A stretch of DNA of 64,000 bases from Elusimicrobia bacterium GWA2_69_24 (GTDB taxonomy: Bacteria; Elusimicrobiota; Elusimicrobia; UBA1565). This document shows, piece by piece, positions 45,584 through 54,800 of this stretch. Every line of letters starts with the position of its first letter. The stretch's first letter is position 1. The position numbers and the translations under genes were made by a program. A model generated the notes under the pieces. That model made no database searches, was not told the origin of the DNA, and saw nothing but the letters and a program-made list of their open reading frames with translations. The stretch is from contig MGTY01000063.1 in assembly GCA_001799695.1 (NCBI GenBank), positions 23,255 to 87,254 on the forward strand. Direction: 5' to 3'.

Positions 45584-46810
45584 CTACTTGGCCGGGGGGA
45601 GGAACTCCTTCTCCAGCTCCTCGTATCTCTGGATGACCGCGCGCACGAAGGCGCGCTTGTCGTTGTAGCTCCCCGGGAAGAAGCTCCCCTTGAAGCCGGC
45701 CACCACGAGGTTGCGCAGGCCGCGGCGCGACAGCTTGATGTGCTTGGCCACCAGCTCGAACTCGTGCGTCACCGTGGTATTGGAGACCAGCCGGTTGTCG
45801 GTGCAGAGGGTCACCGAGAGCCCGGCCTCGATCATCTTGGCGACCGGGTGGTCCTGGACGGAGGCGATGTAGGGGACGGTCTGCAGGTTGCTCGTGACGC
45901 AGACCTCGATGCCGATGCGCTGGCTGGCGATGTAGTCCACCAGGTCTTGGACGTAGCGCTCGTGGTCCTTGATCTTCGGGTCCTTGATCATGTTGGAGTG
46001 GAACAGGAAGGTCCCGTGCCCGATGCGGTTGGCATGGCACTCCGTGATGGCCTGGAAGATGGACTCCGGGCCGTAGGCCTCGCCGGCGTGGACGGTCTTC
46101 TTGATGAACCGGCTGTGCGCGTACTGATAGGCCTCCCAGTGGTCGTTGGGAGGGAAACCCGACTCCTCGCCGGCCAGGTCAAATCCCACGATGGGAAGTT
46201 TCTCGTGCTCGATCAGGGCGCCGGCCGTCCGGGCCAGCTCCAGGGAGGTTGCGGCGTAGACCTGGCGCTTGTCCGCGTGGGCCATGACGCGCAGGATGTC
46301 GGCGAAATAGGGGGACATGCCCTTGCTGAAGCGCCGCATGGCGCAGACGATGACCCCGGAGTGGAAGGGCAGGTCCTTGCCCGAGCGCACGACCTCGGTG
46401 CCGTTGTGCGCCTTGGCCCCGGCCTCCAGGCCGCGGATGACCGCCCGGATGGCGTCCGCGGGGGTCATGCCCTTGGCCGTGTGCAGCTGGGGGCCGAAAC
46501 GGACCTCGATGTAGCGGACGCCTTCGGCGATGTTGTCTTCGACGAGCTCGCGCGCCACCCGCTCGATGTTCTCGGGGGTCTGCATCACGGCGCAGGTGAA
46601 GCCGAAGCCCTTGAGGTACTCGGGCAGGTTCGCGTACCGGTCCTTGAACACGAGCTCCCGCATCCCCGCCTCGTCGTAGGAGGGCAGCTTGACGCCTTCC
46701 TGCCGGGCCAGTTCGATGAGCGTGCTCAGCCGGAGCGAGCCGTCCAGATGCAGGTGGAGGTCCGTCTTGGGGACCTTCTTCAGGAAAGCCGCGGTGATGT
46801 GCTTCTGCAT
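45584..46810 (-). CDS. add: adenosine deaminase family protein
   Basis: DLHLHLDGS, GFDLAG.E, HAGEAYG, RIGHG, SNLQT and TDN motifs. Confidence 0.88.
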   Translation of the reverse strand: MQKHITAAFLKKVPKTDLHLHLDGSLRLSTLIELARQEGVKLPSYDEAGMRELVFKDRYANLPEYLKGFGFTCAVMQTPENIERVARELVEDNIAEGVRYIEVRFGPQLHTAKGMTPADAIRAVIRGLEAGAKAHNGTEVVRSGKDLPFHSGVIVCAMRRFSKGMSPYFADILRVMAHADKRQVYAATSLELARTAGALIEHEKLPIVGFDLAGEESGFPPNDHWEAYQYAHSRFIKKTVHAGEAYGPESIFQAITECHANRIGHGTFLFHSNMIKDPKIKDHERYVQDLVDYIASQRIGIEVCVTSNLQTVPYIASVQDHPVAKMIEAGLSVTLCTDNRLVSNTTVTHEFELVAKHIKLSRRGLRNLVVAGFKGSFFPGSYNDKRAFVRAVIQRYEELEKEFLPPAK

Positions 46811-46844
46811 GATGGAACCTCCTAAGCTGCGAGAGGGTAGGATA

Positions 46845-47840
46845 TCATTTCGCCGCCTGCGCCAGTCCCTCGCGCTGGCGCTGCAGTTCCAGACGGAGGC
46901 GGCGCTCGCTGCGGCAGGTCAGCAAAGTCCGCGCCAGCATGAGATAGACGCCGGAGGTCGGGATCATGAGGATCCGCTCCGGGTCGAGAGGGTTCTCCCG
47001 CCGGAGCAGGGCCAGGGTCCCCAGACCGATCCAGATCGGCCAGACGCAGGCCAGCCGCACCCGCCACAAGGACGGCGGTATCCGGAGGGCGTACTCCTCC
47101 CCGAGACGGAGATGCTCCGCGGCGGCGTCCACCCAGCGAAAGTACTCGTCGCGGATCCGGGGGAACGCGGCGGGGTCCCGGAGCCCCTCGGGCTCATCCA
47201 CGGGCAAGTAGCAGCGCCCGAGGCGCAGGTCCCGGGGGATGTCTCTCAGGATGTTGATGAGCTGCAGCCCCTTCCCGAGATGGATGCCGAGCCGGATCAT
47301 CTCCTCCCGGTCCAGGCTCCGGAACTCCGGCAGGTGCGCGTGGCACATGCGGGTCCAGAACTCCCCCACGCAGCCCGCCACCATGTAGGTGTAGCGGTCG
47401 AGCTCCGCCTCGTCCGAGAGCGCCGTCACCCGGTCGTCGCCCTCTCCCGGGAAGCGCTCAAGGTCGAATATCTGCCCTTCGATGATCGTGTCCAGGACCG
47501 CCCGAATGCGCCCCTGGTCTTCCGGCGAGAAGGCCGCCAGCCGGGCGCCGCACTCGCCGAGGCGCTCGAGCAGGCGCCGCTCGGCGGGCAGGGCCTGGTC
47601 CCGCGCCAAAGCGCCCGCCGGCCCGAAGTCCCCCGCGCGCAGGCGCCGGAGCTGGTCGAGCCGGGCGGCGCGGGGCACGGCCCGGGTGTCCGCCACGGTG
47701 TCGCTGGCCCGCGCCAGCAGGTACGCCAGGGATATCTGCGAGCGGATCTCCCGGGGCAGGACCTTCAGGCTCAGGTAGAAGGACCGGGACACTTCCTTGA
47801 GGAGGGAGCCCGTCAGCTCGTCGTTCGCCGCGCCGGCCAT
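46845..47840 (-). CDS. phytoene/squalene synthase family protein
   Basis: VSRSF, YLLARASDTVAD, YTYMVAGCVG, GLQLINILRD and GRCYLP. Confidence 0.9.
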   Translation of the reverse strand: MAGAANDELTGSLLKEVSRSFYLSLKVLPREIRSQISLAYLLARASDTVADTRAVPRAARLDQLRRLRAGDFGPAGALARDQALPAERRLLERLGECGARLAAFSPEDQGRIRAVLDTIIEGQIFDLERFPGEGDDRVTALSDEAELDRYTYMVAGCVGEFWTRMCHAHLPEFRSLDREEMIRLGIHLGKGLQLINILRDIPRDLRLGRCYLPVDEPEGLRDPAAFPRIRDEYFRWVDAAAEHLRLGEEYALRIPPSLWRVRLACVWPIWIGLGTLALLRRENPLDPERILMIPTSGVYLMLARTLLTCRSERRLRLELQRQREGLAQAAK

Positions 47841-47846
47841 AGTCCG

Positions 47847-49319
47847 CTAAAGTTCCGCGGCCAGGGCCGCGAAGGCCGCGTCCGCATCCTGGGCGCGCAC
47901 GAAGCGCAGGCCCTCGGGCAGGTCGCCGAACTCCTTGAAGTCGTGGATGAGCTCGCCGGGCTTGCGGATGGCTTCCGCGCGCATCTCCTCGTACTCCGTG
48001 GCCTCCCCGGTGACGGTCTCGGGATAGAGGCGGTGGTCCCGGAACCGGAGGAAGGGGGTGAAGAAGCCGTATTTCGGCAGGAAGGATTCCAGAGCGGAGA
48101 GCTTGTACAGGTTCCGGAAGGCGTTGTAGGGGGCGTTGCGCAGTCCGGCCGTGCAGCCTTCAAGCTCCGGGGTCTTCAGGTTCAGGGTCTCGGCCAGGGC
48201 CTTGCGCCCGCTGCGGCGGTCGCGCTTCCAGAACCCGCCTTTCTGACCTTTTGGATTGTCCACCAGCTCGACGATCCAGTTGCGGCCGATGCCGGGGTCC
48301 GAGAGGTCGGCCATCAGCGCCAGGGCCAAGGACAGCCGCTCCACATCCACGACCTCGGCGGTCAGGCGCGTGAGATCGTTGACCCGGTGCGACCCCATGA
48401 CCCGCGCCCCGAGGGAGAATATCTCGGAGATCAGGGTCTCCTTGACCGCCGAGCGCCGCCCCCCCATCCCCACCCGGAAGGCCGCCCCGCGCTGGAAGAA
48501 CTGGGCCAGGGGATAGCCGTGCCCCGCGGGCAGGCGCGGACTGAGCGGGTCGACCACGATCTCCCCGCCCTGGATGGCGTAGCCGTGACCCTCGGGCTGG
48601 GTCAAGAAACAGACCCGGCTCCGGTTGAAGCCGTAGAAATCGTGCCGCTTCAAGTCGCGGAGGATCTCCTCTTCCGAAGCCTCGGAGCAATGGATGACGA
48701 GCAGGGCCGCCTGCACCGCCCGCTCCGGATCGCGTCCCGCCTCGCGGGCGAGGCTTTCCAGACGGACGCGGTACTGCAGCAGCTGCCGCGGCCCCAGCCC
48801 CAGCGCGTAACGCGCGCCGCCGTCGGGGACTGCGGCCTGGTCGATCTCCGACCGCAACGCGGGGGGGAGCTCCGACAATCTCCCCAGGACCCGTCCCCGC
48901 AGATCCGGGTCGATCTCGGGACTCGCGCCCCGGATGACGTCGGCCAGCTCGTGGAGGTCGAGGGAGTAGAGCGCGCCGATCCCCAGGCGCGTGGCCGCCC
49001 CGCTGAAAAGGAACTGCGCGGCGTACCCTCCGGTCACCAGGAGCTCGCGGGCCCGCCCGCGCTGGGCGTCGGCGGACTCCTTCTCTTCCTGGCCCAAAAC
49101 GAGGGCGGGGACCTGCTCCAGGTCGGAAACGCCGACGTGAAAAGCGTTCGCCTCCGCCGCGATGCGCATCTGGGCCTGGACGTCCTCCTGCACCATGGCC
49201 CGTTCGGCGGCGTCGAGCGCCGGGCCCAGCCGCGCGGCGAAGGCCTCGGGCAGGCTGCGCTCGAAGGCCTCGTGCGAGCGGTAGGCCAGGTTGCGCGCGT
49301 CGATCTCGGGGGTGGGCAT
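47847..49319 (-). CDS. divergent UDP-sugar pyrophosphorylase-like (UDPGP family) protein
   Basis: GAATRLG, FYGFNRSRVCFLTQ, PAGHG and KGG motifs resemble UDPGP/UAP enzymes. Confidence 0.5.
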   Translation of the reverse strand: MPTPEIDARNLAYRSHEAFERSLPEAFAARLGPALDAAERAMVQEDVQAQMRIAAEANAFHVGVSDLEQVPALVLGQEEKESADAQRGRARELLVTGGYAAQFLFSGAATRLGIGALYSLDLHELADVIRGASPEIDPDLRGRVLGRLSELPPALRSEIDQAAVPDGGARYALGLGPRQLLQYRVRLESLAREAGRDPERAVQAALLVIHCSEASEEEILRDLKRHDFYGFNRSRVCFLTQPEGHGYAIQGGEIVVDPLSPRLPAGHGYPLAQFFQRGAAFRVGMGGRRSAVKETLISEIFSLGARVMGSHRVNDLTRLTAEVVDVERLSLALALMADLSDPGIGRNWIVELVDNPKGQKGGFWKRDRRSGRKALAETLNLKTPELEGCTAGLRNAPYNAFRNLYKLSALESFLPKYGFFTPFLRFRDHRLYPETVTGEATEYEEMRAEAIRKPGELIHDFKEFGDLPEGLRFVRAQDADAAFAALAAEL

Positions 49320-49324
49320 GCGCG

Positions 49325-50707
49325 CTAGAGCTCCACGGCCTCCAGGTACTTGGGCGTATGGCAGGAGAACCCGAGCTCGCTCACGATGCGCTCCGACATG
49401 GCGCGGAGCCCTCCGGCCTCGCCGTGGACGAGGAACACCTTTCGGGGAGCCGGGTCCGCGGTGCGCAGCCAGGCGACCACGTCATCGGAATCCCCGTGGG
49501 CGGACATCCCCTGGATGGCGGCGACCTGGGCCTTGACCGGGACGAACTCGCCGAACATCTTGAGTTCCCGTTTCCCCTCGAGCAAGGCCCGTCCGCGGGT
49601 GCCCTCGGCCTGGTAGCCGACGAGGAGGATGAGGTTCCGGGGGTCGGAGACCCGGGTGCGCACGTGGTGCAGGATGCGTCCGCCGGTCATCATCCCGCTC
49701 GCGGAGATGATCACGGCCGGGCCGTCCAGTTCGTTGAGTCGCTTGGACTCCTCCGGCTTGCGCACGAAGCGGGTCTGGCGCGGATTGAGCAGACTACCCG
49801 AACCGCCCGCATCCTCGAGCTGCAGGTTGTGCTCGTGGCGGTAGCGCTGATAGATCTTGGCGGAATCCACGGCCATGGGACTGTCCACGATGACCGGCAC
49901 GTCCGGGAACGCGCCGCGGTCCTGCATGCGCCGGATGTGATAGAGGAGGACGGAGGTCCGGCCCACGGCGAACGCGGGGATGACGACCACCCCCCCCCGT
50001 TCCAGGACGGGGACCATCGTCGCCCCGAGCTGGTCCGGAACCGAGGGGTCGGCCCCGCGCTTGCTCCCATAGGTCGACTCGGCGAGCACGTAATGCATGC
50101 CCTTCGGCAGGGGCGCGGGCCCGCGCATCAGGTCCTTGTCGTAGCCGCCCAGGTCGCCCGAGACCGCGAGGCGCCGGCCCTCGAAATCGAGCACCGCAAA
50201 GGCCGCGCCGAGGATGTGCCCGGTGGGATGGAACGCCGCCCGGATCCCCGGAACGAGTTCGACTTCCCGGTCGAAATCGAGGGTCCGCAGGTGAGTCAGG
50301 GTGTGCTGGGCGTCCTCCTTCGTGTAGAGCGGAAGGGCGGGTTTGTGCTTGGAGTAGCCCTCCTTGTTCGCGTAGCGCGCCTCTTCCTCCTGCAGATAGC
50401 CGCTGTCCGGAAGGAGGAGCCCCAAAAGCTCGCGAGTCGCGGGGGTGCAGAAGATGGGGCCTTCGAACCCTCCCCGCACCAGGCGCGGGAGATAGCCGCT
50501 GTGATCGATGTGGGCGTGGGTGACCACCACGGCGTCGATCTCCGCGGGCGGGACCGGCAGCGGCTCCCAATTGCGCTGCCGGAGCTCCTTGAGTCCCTGG
50601 AAGAGCCCGCAATCCACGAGTATCCGGGTCCCTCCCGTTTCAAGCAGGAACTTGGAACCGGTGACGGTACCGGTCGCTCCGAGGAAACGCAATGTGGGTT
50701 GTGCCAT
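49325..50707 (-). CDS. MBL-fold beta-CASP ribonuclease
   Basis: GATGTVTGS, THAHIDHSG, GHILG, ESTYG, PAFAVGR and SAHGD. Confidence 0.93.
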   Translation of the reverse strand: MAQPTLRFLGATGTVTGSKFLLETGGTRILVDCGLFQGLKELRQRNWEPLPVPPAEIDAVVVTHAHIDHSGYLPRLVRGGFEGPIFCTPATRELLGLLLPDSGYLQEEEARYANKEGYSKHKPALPLYTKEDAQHTLTHLRTLDFDREVELVPGIRAAFHPTGHILGAAFAVLDFEGRRLAVSGDLGGYDKDLMRGPAPLPKGMHYVLAESTYGSKRGADPSVPDQLGATMVPVLERGGVVVIPAFAVGRTSVLLYHIRRMQDRGAFPDVPVIVDSPMAVDSAKIYQRYRHEHNLQLEDAGGSGSLLNPRQTRFVRKPEESKRLNELDGPAVIISASGMMTGGRILHHVRTRVSDPRNLILLVGYQAEGTRGRALLEGKRELKMFGEFVPVKAQVAAIQGMSAHGDSDDVVAWLRTADPAPRKVFLVHGEAGGLRAMSERIVSELGFSCHTPKYLEAVEL

Positions 50708-50816
50708 GAATGGGGCTCCGTGCGAAGTATAATCATAGCCCATACGGACGAGGTCGGCAAATCCATTGCATTAGGCTGGATGAGAGCTCCCGGGGGCGGG
50801 ACTCCAGGAGGCGGAC

Positions 50817-52517
50817 ATGTTCAGGTACGTCACGCAGCGGGACGCGTTCACGGGCGAGGATTACGTCGAAGTCCCCTTCAAGGGCCATCGCCTGGTAGAG
50901 AGCCCTATGTTCAACAAGGGCACCGCGTTCTCGCAGGAGGAGCGCGACAGTCTGGACCTCGACGGGCTGTTCCCGGACGACGTGCAGGACCTGGAGCGGC
51001 AGGTCCAGCGCTGCTGGGAGAGCTACGGCGCCAAGTCCACCGACCTCGAAAAATACATCTACCTGGTGTCCCTGCAGGACCGCAGCGAGACCCTGTTCTA
51101 CCGCCTCGTCCAGGAGCACCTGGAGGAGATGCTCCCCATCATCTACACCCCCACGGTGGGCCAGGCCTGCCGCCAGTTCAGCCATATATTCCGCCGCCCC
51201 CGCGGCCTTTTCGTCTCGCCCAACAACATCCAGCGCATCGAGGACGTACTGCGCAACGCCCCCTTCTCCAACGTCTCCCTAATCGTGGTCACCGACGGCG
51301 AGCGCATCCTCGGCCTCGGGGATCAGGGCGCCGGCGGCATCGGCATCCCGATCGGCAAGAGCAGCCTCTACGTCGCCGCCGGGGGTTTCCACCCCGCTTT
51401 CTGCCTGCCCATCCTCATCGACGTGGGCACCAACAACCCGGACCTCCTCAAGGACCCTCTCTACATCGGACTGAAGTCCCCCCGCCTCACGGGCGACCGC
51501 TACGACGCGCTCATCGAACGCTTCGTCTGGGGAGTCCGGCGGATCTTCCCCAACGCCCTGCTGCAGTGGGAGGACTTCGGCAAGCAGAACGCCTTCCGGC
51601 TGTTGGAGCGCTACCGGGACCGGATATGCTCCTTCAACGACGACATCCAGGGGACCGCCGCGGTCGCGAACGCCACGCTGCTGTCGGCCATGCGCATCAA
51701 GCGCGAGAAGCTGCGGGACCAGCGCTTCGTCCTGGTGGGCCAGGGCCAGGCCGGCATCGGCATCGCCCGGCAGATCCTGCTCGGCCTCATGGACGAGGGT
51801 CTAAGCGAAGCCGAGGCCCGGGAACGCCTCTTCGGGATAGACCAGGACGGCCTCCTCGTGGAAGGGATGGCCGTATCCGAGGAGCAGAAGCCGTTCGTGA
51901 CGCCGCGCGCGCGGGTCGCGGGCTGGGAACTGCAGAACCCGGGGCGCATCGGGATCCTGGACGCCGTGCGCAACGCCAAGGCCACCGTCCTCATCGGCGT
52001 CACCGCCCAACCCGGGACCTTCGACGAGGCCATCCTCCGGGAAATGGGCAAGAACACGCAGCGCCCCGTGATCCTGCCCCTCTCCAACCCCACGAGCAAG
52101 GCCGAGTGCACGCCGGAGGCCGCCCTCCGCGCGACGGAGGGCCGCTGCCTCTGCGCCGCGGGGAGCCCCTTCCCCGGGGTCTCGCAATGCAACAACCTCT
52201 ACATCTTCCCCGGCATGGGGCTGGGCGCGATGGTGTCCGGCACCCTGCGGGTGACCAACCGGATGTTCATCGCCGCCTCCCACGCCATCGCCGGCTCCGT
52301 CACCGAGCAGGCCCTCGCCTCCGGACAACTGCTCCCCGGGATCAAGAACATCCGGGACGTCTCGGCCCGCGTGGCGTTCGCCGTGGCCAAGGAAGCGCGG
52401 GACTCGGGTCTCGGGCTGCTCCGGGACGACTCCCAGTTCCAGCGCATGATCCGCAACGCGATGTGGGAACCTAGATACCTGCCGTATCGCTGGGCAACGC
52501 AGGGATCGGCGCGGTAG
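50817..52517 (+). CDS. maeA: NAD-dependent malic enzyme
   Basis: FNKGTAF, YTPTVG, VTDGERILGLGD, QWEDF, FNDDIQGT and LSNPTSKAE. Confidence 0.95.
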   Translation: MFRYVTQRDAFTGEDYVEVPFKGHRLVESPMFNKGTAFSQEERDSLDLDGLFPDDVQDLERQVQRCWESYGAKSTDLEKYIYLVSLQDRSETLFYRLVQEHLEEMLPIIYTPTVGQACRQFSHIFRRPRGLFVSPNNIQRIEDVLRNAPFSNVSLIVVTDGERILGLGDQGAGGIGIPIGKSSLYVAAGGFHPAFCLPILIDVGTNNPDLLKDPLYIGLKSPRLTGDRYDALIERFVWGVRRIFPNALLQWEDFGKQNAFRLLERYRDRICSFNDDIQGTAAVANATLLSAMRIKREKLRDQRFVLVGQGQAGIGIARQILLGLMDEGLSEAEARERLFGIDQDGLLVEGMAVSEEQKPFVTPRARVAGWELQNPGRIGILDAVRNAKATVLIGVTAQPGTFDEAILREMGKNTQRPVILPLSNPTSKAECTPEAALRATEGRCLCAAGSPFPGVSQCNNLYIFPGMGLGAMVSGTLRVTNRMFIAASHAIAGSVTEQALASGQLLPGIKNIRDVSARVAFAVAKEARDSGLGLLRDDSQFQRMIRNAMWEPRYLPYRWATQGSAR

Positions 52518-52585
52518 GAGCATCGAGCCCTTCCTCGTGCCGGCTGAGGCGCGGGCGCAGGGCGATGAATCCCATGGCCGCGGAC

Positions 52586-52787
52586 CCAGTGCAGTCGTCA
52601 TAAATCCAATCACATTCGTCACCCCGGCGAAGGCCGGGATCCAGCGGCCTGCCGTCACCCCGGCGAAAGCCGGGGTCCAGGCGCCGCACCAGAACAGGTG
52701 TTTGAATCCGTTCCACACGCCGGCTACCGGCTTTCGCCGGCATGACGGCTTTTCAAATGTAAAAAGGCGTTGAACTCACTACACTGG
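52586..52787. mobile_element. MITE-like element containing REP-like palindromes
   Basis: 10-bp terminal inverted repeats with 1 mismatch (CCAGTGCAGT / ACTACACTGG); internal GTCACCCCGGCGAA(A/G)GCCGGG(A/G)TCCAG units at 52618 and 52654 and an inverted copy at 52727-52747. Confidence 0.6.
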
Positions 52788-52809
52788 TGTTTATGCCCCT
52801 CCCCCAGGT

Positions 52810-52898
52810 TCCGCAAAGGTCCCATTCCGCGCTGGGCCGTTAATCGCCCCGGCCTTGCCCCTCCGGCCCAAGGTCCGGAGGCGGATCATTGATACAAT
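52810..52898 (+). promoter_or_regulatory. triple-box promoter (degenerate boxes plus -10)
   Basis: Boxes at 52810, 52834 and 52856; TACAAT 37 bp after the start of the last box. Confidence 0.45.
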
Positions 52899-52927
52899 CA
52901 CGGTAAGCTTTTGCGGAGGAATATCCG

Positions 52928-54793
52928 ATGAAATCCACATCCCGTCTGGCGCTCGCACTATCCGGGGTCCTTGCCGCGGCCCCCGTCTCGGCCCAGATGA
53001 TCCGTACCGCGGCCACGGGAGCGGCCCCCATCGCGGGGATCACGGTCATCCCCTCCGGGTTGTCGGTGCTTCCGGTCAACCACCTTCCCGCTTCCGCGTT
53101 CGGCCTCGGCTCCGCCGGCTTCGCCGTCCTGCCCCAGGTCTCCCACGGCCTGATCCCGATGACCCTCGCCCAATCTCCGACGCTCCCCCTCGCGGCCGCG
53201 AACCTCGTCGCCGCGCAGACCCTGACCGCGGTCCAGCCGCGGGCGGCGCTCTCCGCGAATCCGTCGGCCATCGGCATCGCGGCGCGCACCCAGTCCCTCG
53301 AGGTCGGCCGATTCGCGTCGCGCATCGCCCCCGAGATGAAGTCCATCCAACAGGGCGCCACCGGCGCTTCCGCCAAGACCGCCGCCGACCGGATCTTCAA
53401 CCCCTCCGCACGTTCGGGCGCCGCCATCTCCGAAGGCTCCGAAGTGCCCGCCGTGCCTTCCGCCATGATCACCCCGAAAGCCGCGGGACTGACCAAGTCG
53501 AACGGCGCCCGCACCACCCCGCTCCTCTCGGACGTCACCTATAAGGCCGAGGTCTCCGTGGCGCATCAGCTGTTGCTCCGGGAGACCCTCACCCGCCGCA
53601 AGGCGGGCTGGATCCGCGAGCTCGCCCGCATGGGAGTGCAGCTCGCGGGCCCCGTGGCCCCGGTCCTCACCATCACGGCGTCCAAGGACCTCCCCAAATC
53701 CGGCAAGGTCGAGTTCATGGTCGAGTGGAACCAGGGCGAGATGCACGTCGGGTCCTTCAAGGCCCTCATCACCCTCAAGAACCTCAACCCGGAACTGCGA
53801 CGCCTCGCAGCCCCGCCCGTGCCCGAGGAGAAGCAGCTCGCCGTGCGCTTCAAGAAGACGATCATCGCGAACGTGGGCGGCCTCAACGTGGAGACCGCGG
53901 TCACGGACGACCGGATCGCCGAGTTCCTCGAGGCCAACGGGCTCCGGCTCCTTAACAAAGGCTGGGGCGACTACGAATACCGGGTCTCCGTCACGGGCGG
54001 CGCGCAGGCCGCCGCCATGGCCAAGCTCCTCTCCGGCTCGGACCTCGTCCTCTACGCCCGCCCCGCCGCCCTAAAGGTCCCCGAGGAGCGCCAGCTCGAA
54101 GTGGTCTTCAAGAAGACGACCGTCGTGGACTTCAACGGCCTGCGGGTCGAGACCGCGGTGAGCCCTGACGACATCACCGCGCTGCTGCTCAAGAACGGCC
54201 TGACCGTGCTGGAACTCAGCCGCGACGGGGTCTGGAAGGTCGGGACCGAGGCCGGCATCGCCGCCGAGGTCTCCGACGCCCTCGAGTCGGCCGGCATCAC
54301 CCTCTACGCCCTCCCCCGAAAGCAGGACCTGCCCGAGGACCGGCAGGCCGTCATCAAGTTCCAGAAGTCCGTGATCGTGGACGCAGGCGGGATACTCGTG
54401 GAAGCCGCGGTCAGCGAGGACGACGTCGCCGCCTTCCTGCGCGGCAACGGTCTCAAGGTCGTCGCCGCCTACGGCGACGGGGCCTACAAGGTCGCTGGCC
54501 CGGCGGGGACGGACTCCCAGGGACTCGCGGAGACCCTGGGCAAGGACCGCACCGTGAAGTCCGCGGTCGCGGTCGGCTCGCTCACCGACCAGCAGATTGA
54601 GGCCTCGGCCAAGGGCGTGGCGTCCTACAAGGGCCGCCCCTGGTCCTCCACCGAGTACAACATGAACTACTCGATGTCGTACTCGTATCTCGAGATGGCC
54701 GGAGCGACCCAAGCCCAGCTCCAGAAGTTCTCGGACCTCTGCGACGCGGCGCCCGTGCGCGGCGGCGGCTTCAACCCCTGGTCCGGCGATTAG
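52928..54793 (+). CDS. exported protein with low-complexity leader and three tandem subtilase-prodomain-like repeats
   Basis: GGAGG RBS; signal peptide; three ~85-aa repeats PE..Q..V.FKK...VETAV....I...L..NGL..L. Confidence 0.75.
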   Translation: MKSTSRLALALSGVLAAAPVSAQMIRTAATGAAPIAGITVIPSGLSVLPVNHLPASAFGLGSAGFAVLPQVSHGLIPMTLAQSPTLPLAAANLVAAQTLTAVQPRAALSANPSAIGIAARTQSLEVGRFASRIAPEMKSIQQGATGASAKTAADRIFNPSARSGAAISEGSEVPAVPSAMITPKAAGLTKSNGARTTPLLSDVTYKAEVSVAHQLLLRETLTRRKAGWIRELARMGVQLAGPVAPVLTITASKDLPKSGKVEFMVEWNQGEMHVGSFKALITLKNLNPELRRLAAPPVPEEKQLAVRFKKTIIANVGGLNVETAVTDDRIAEFLEANGLRLLNKGWGDYEYRVSVTGGAQAAAMAKLLSGSDLVLYARPAALKVPEERQLEVVFKKTTVVDFNGLRVETAVSPDDITALLLKNGLTVLELSRDGVWKVGTEAGIAAEVSDALESAGITLYALPRKQDLPEDRQAVIKFQKSVIVDAGGILVEAAVSEDDVAAFLRGNGLKVVAAYGDGAYKVAGPAGTDSQGLAETLGKDRTVKSAVAVGSLTDQQIEASAKGVASYKGRPWSSTEYNMNYSMSYSYLEMAGATQAQLQKFSDLCDAAPVRGGGFNPWSGD

Positions 54794-54800
54794 TCGGCTG

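Noticed and set aside
46689-52474. Long plus-strand ORFs 46689-49328 and 49358-52474
   Set aside because: Antisense or frame-shifted shadows of recognisable genes, expected in stop-poor GC-rich DNA; no motifs.
52617-52747. Possible CRISPR array
   Set aside because: Only two direct units about 9 bp apart plus one inverted copy, and no cas genes; fits REP-like hairpins.
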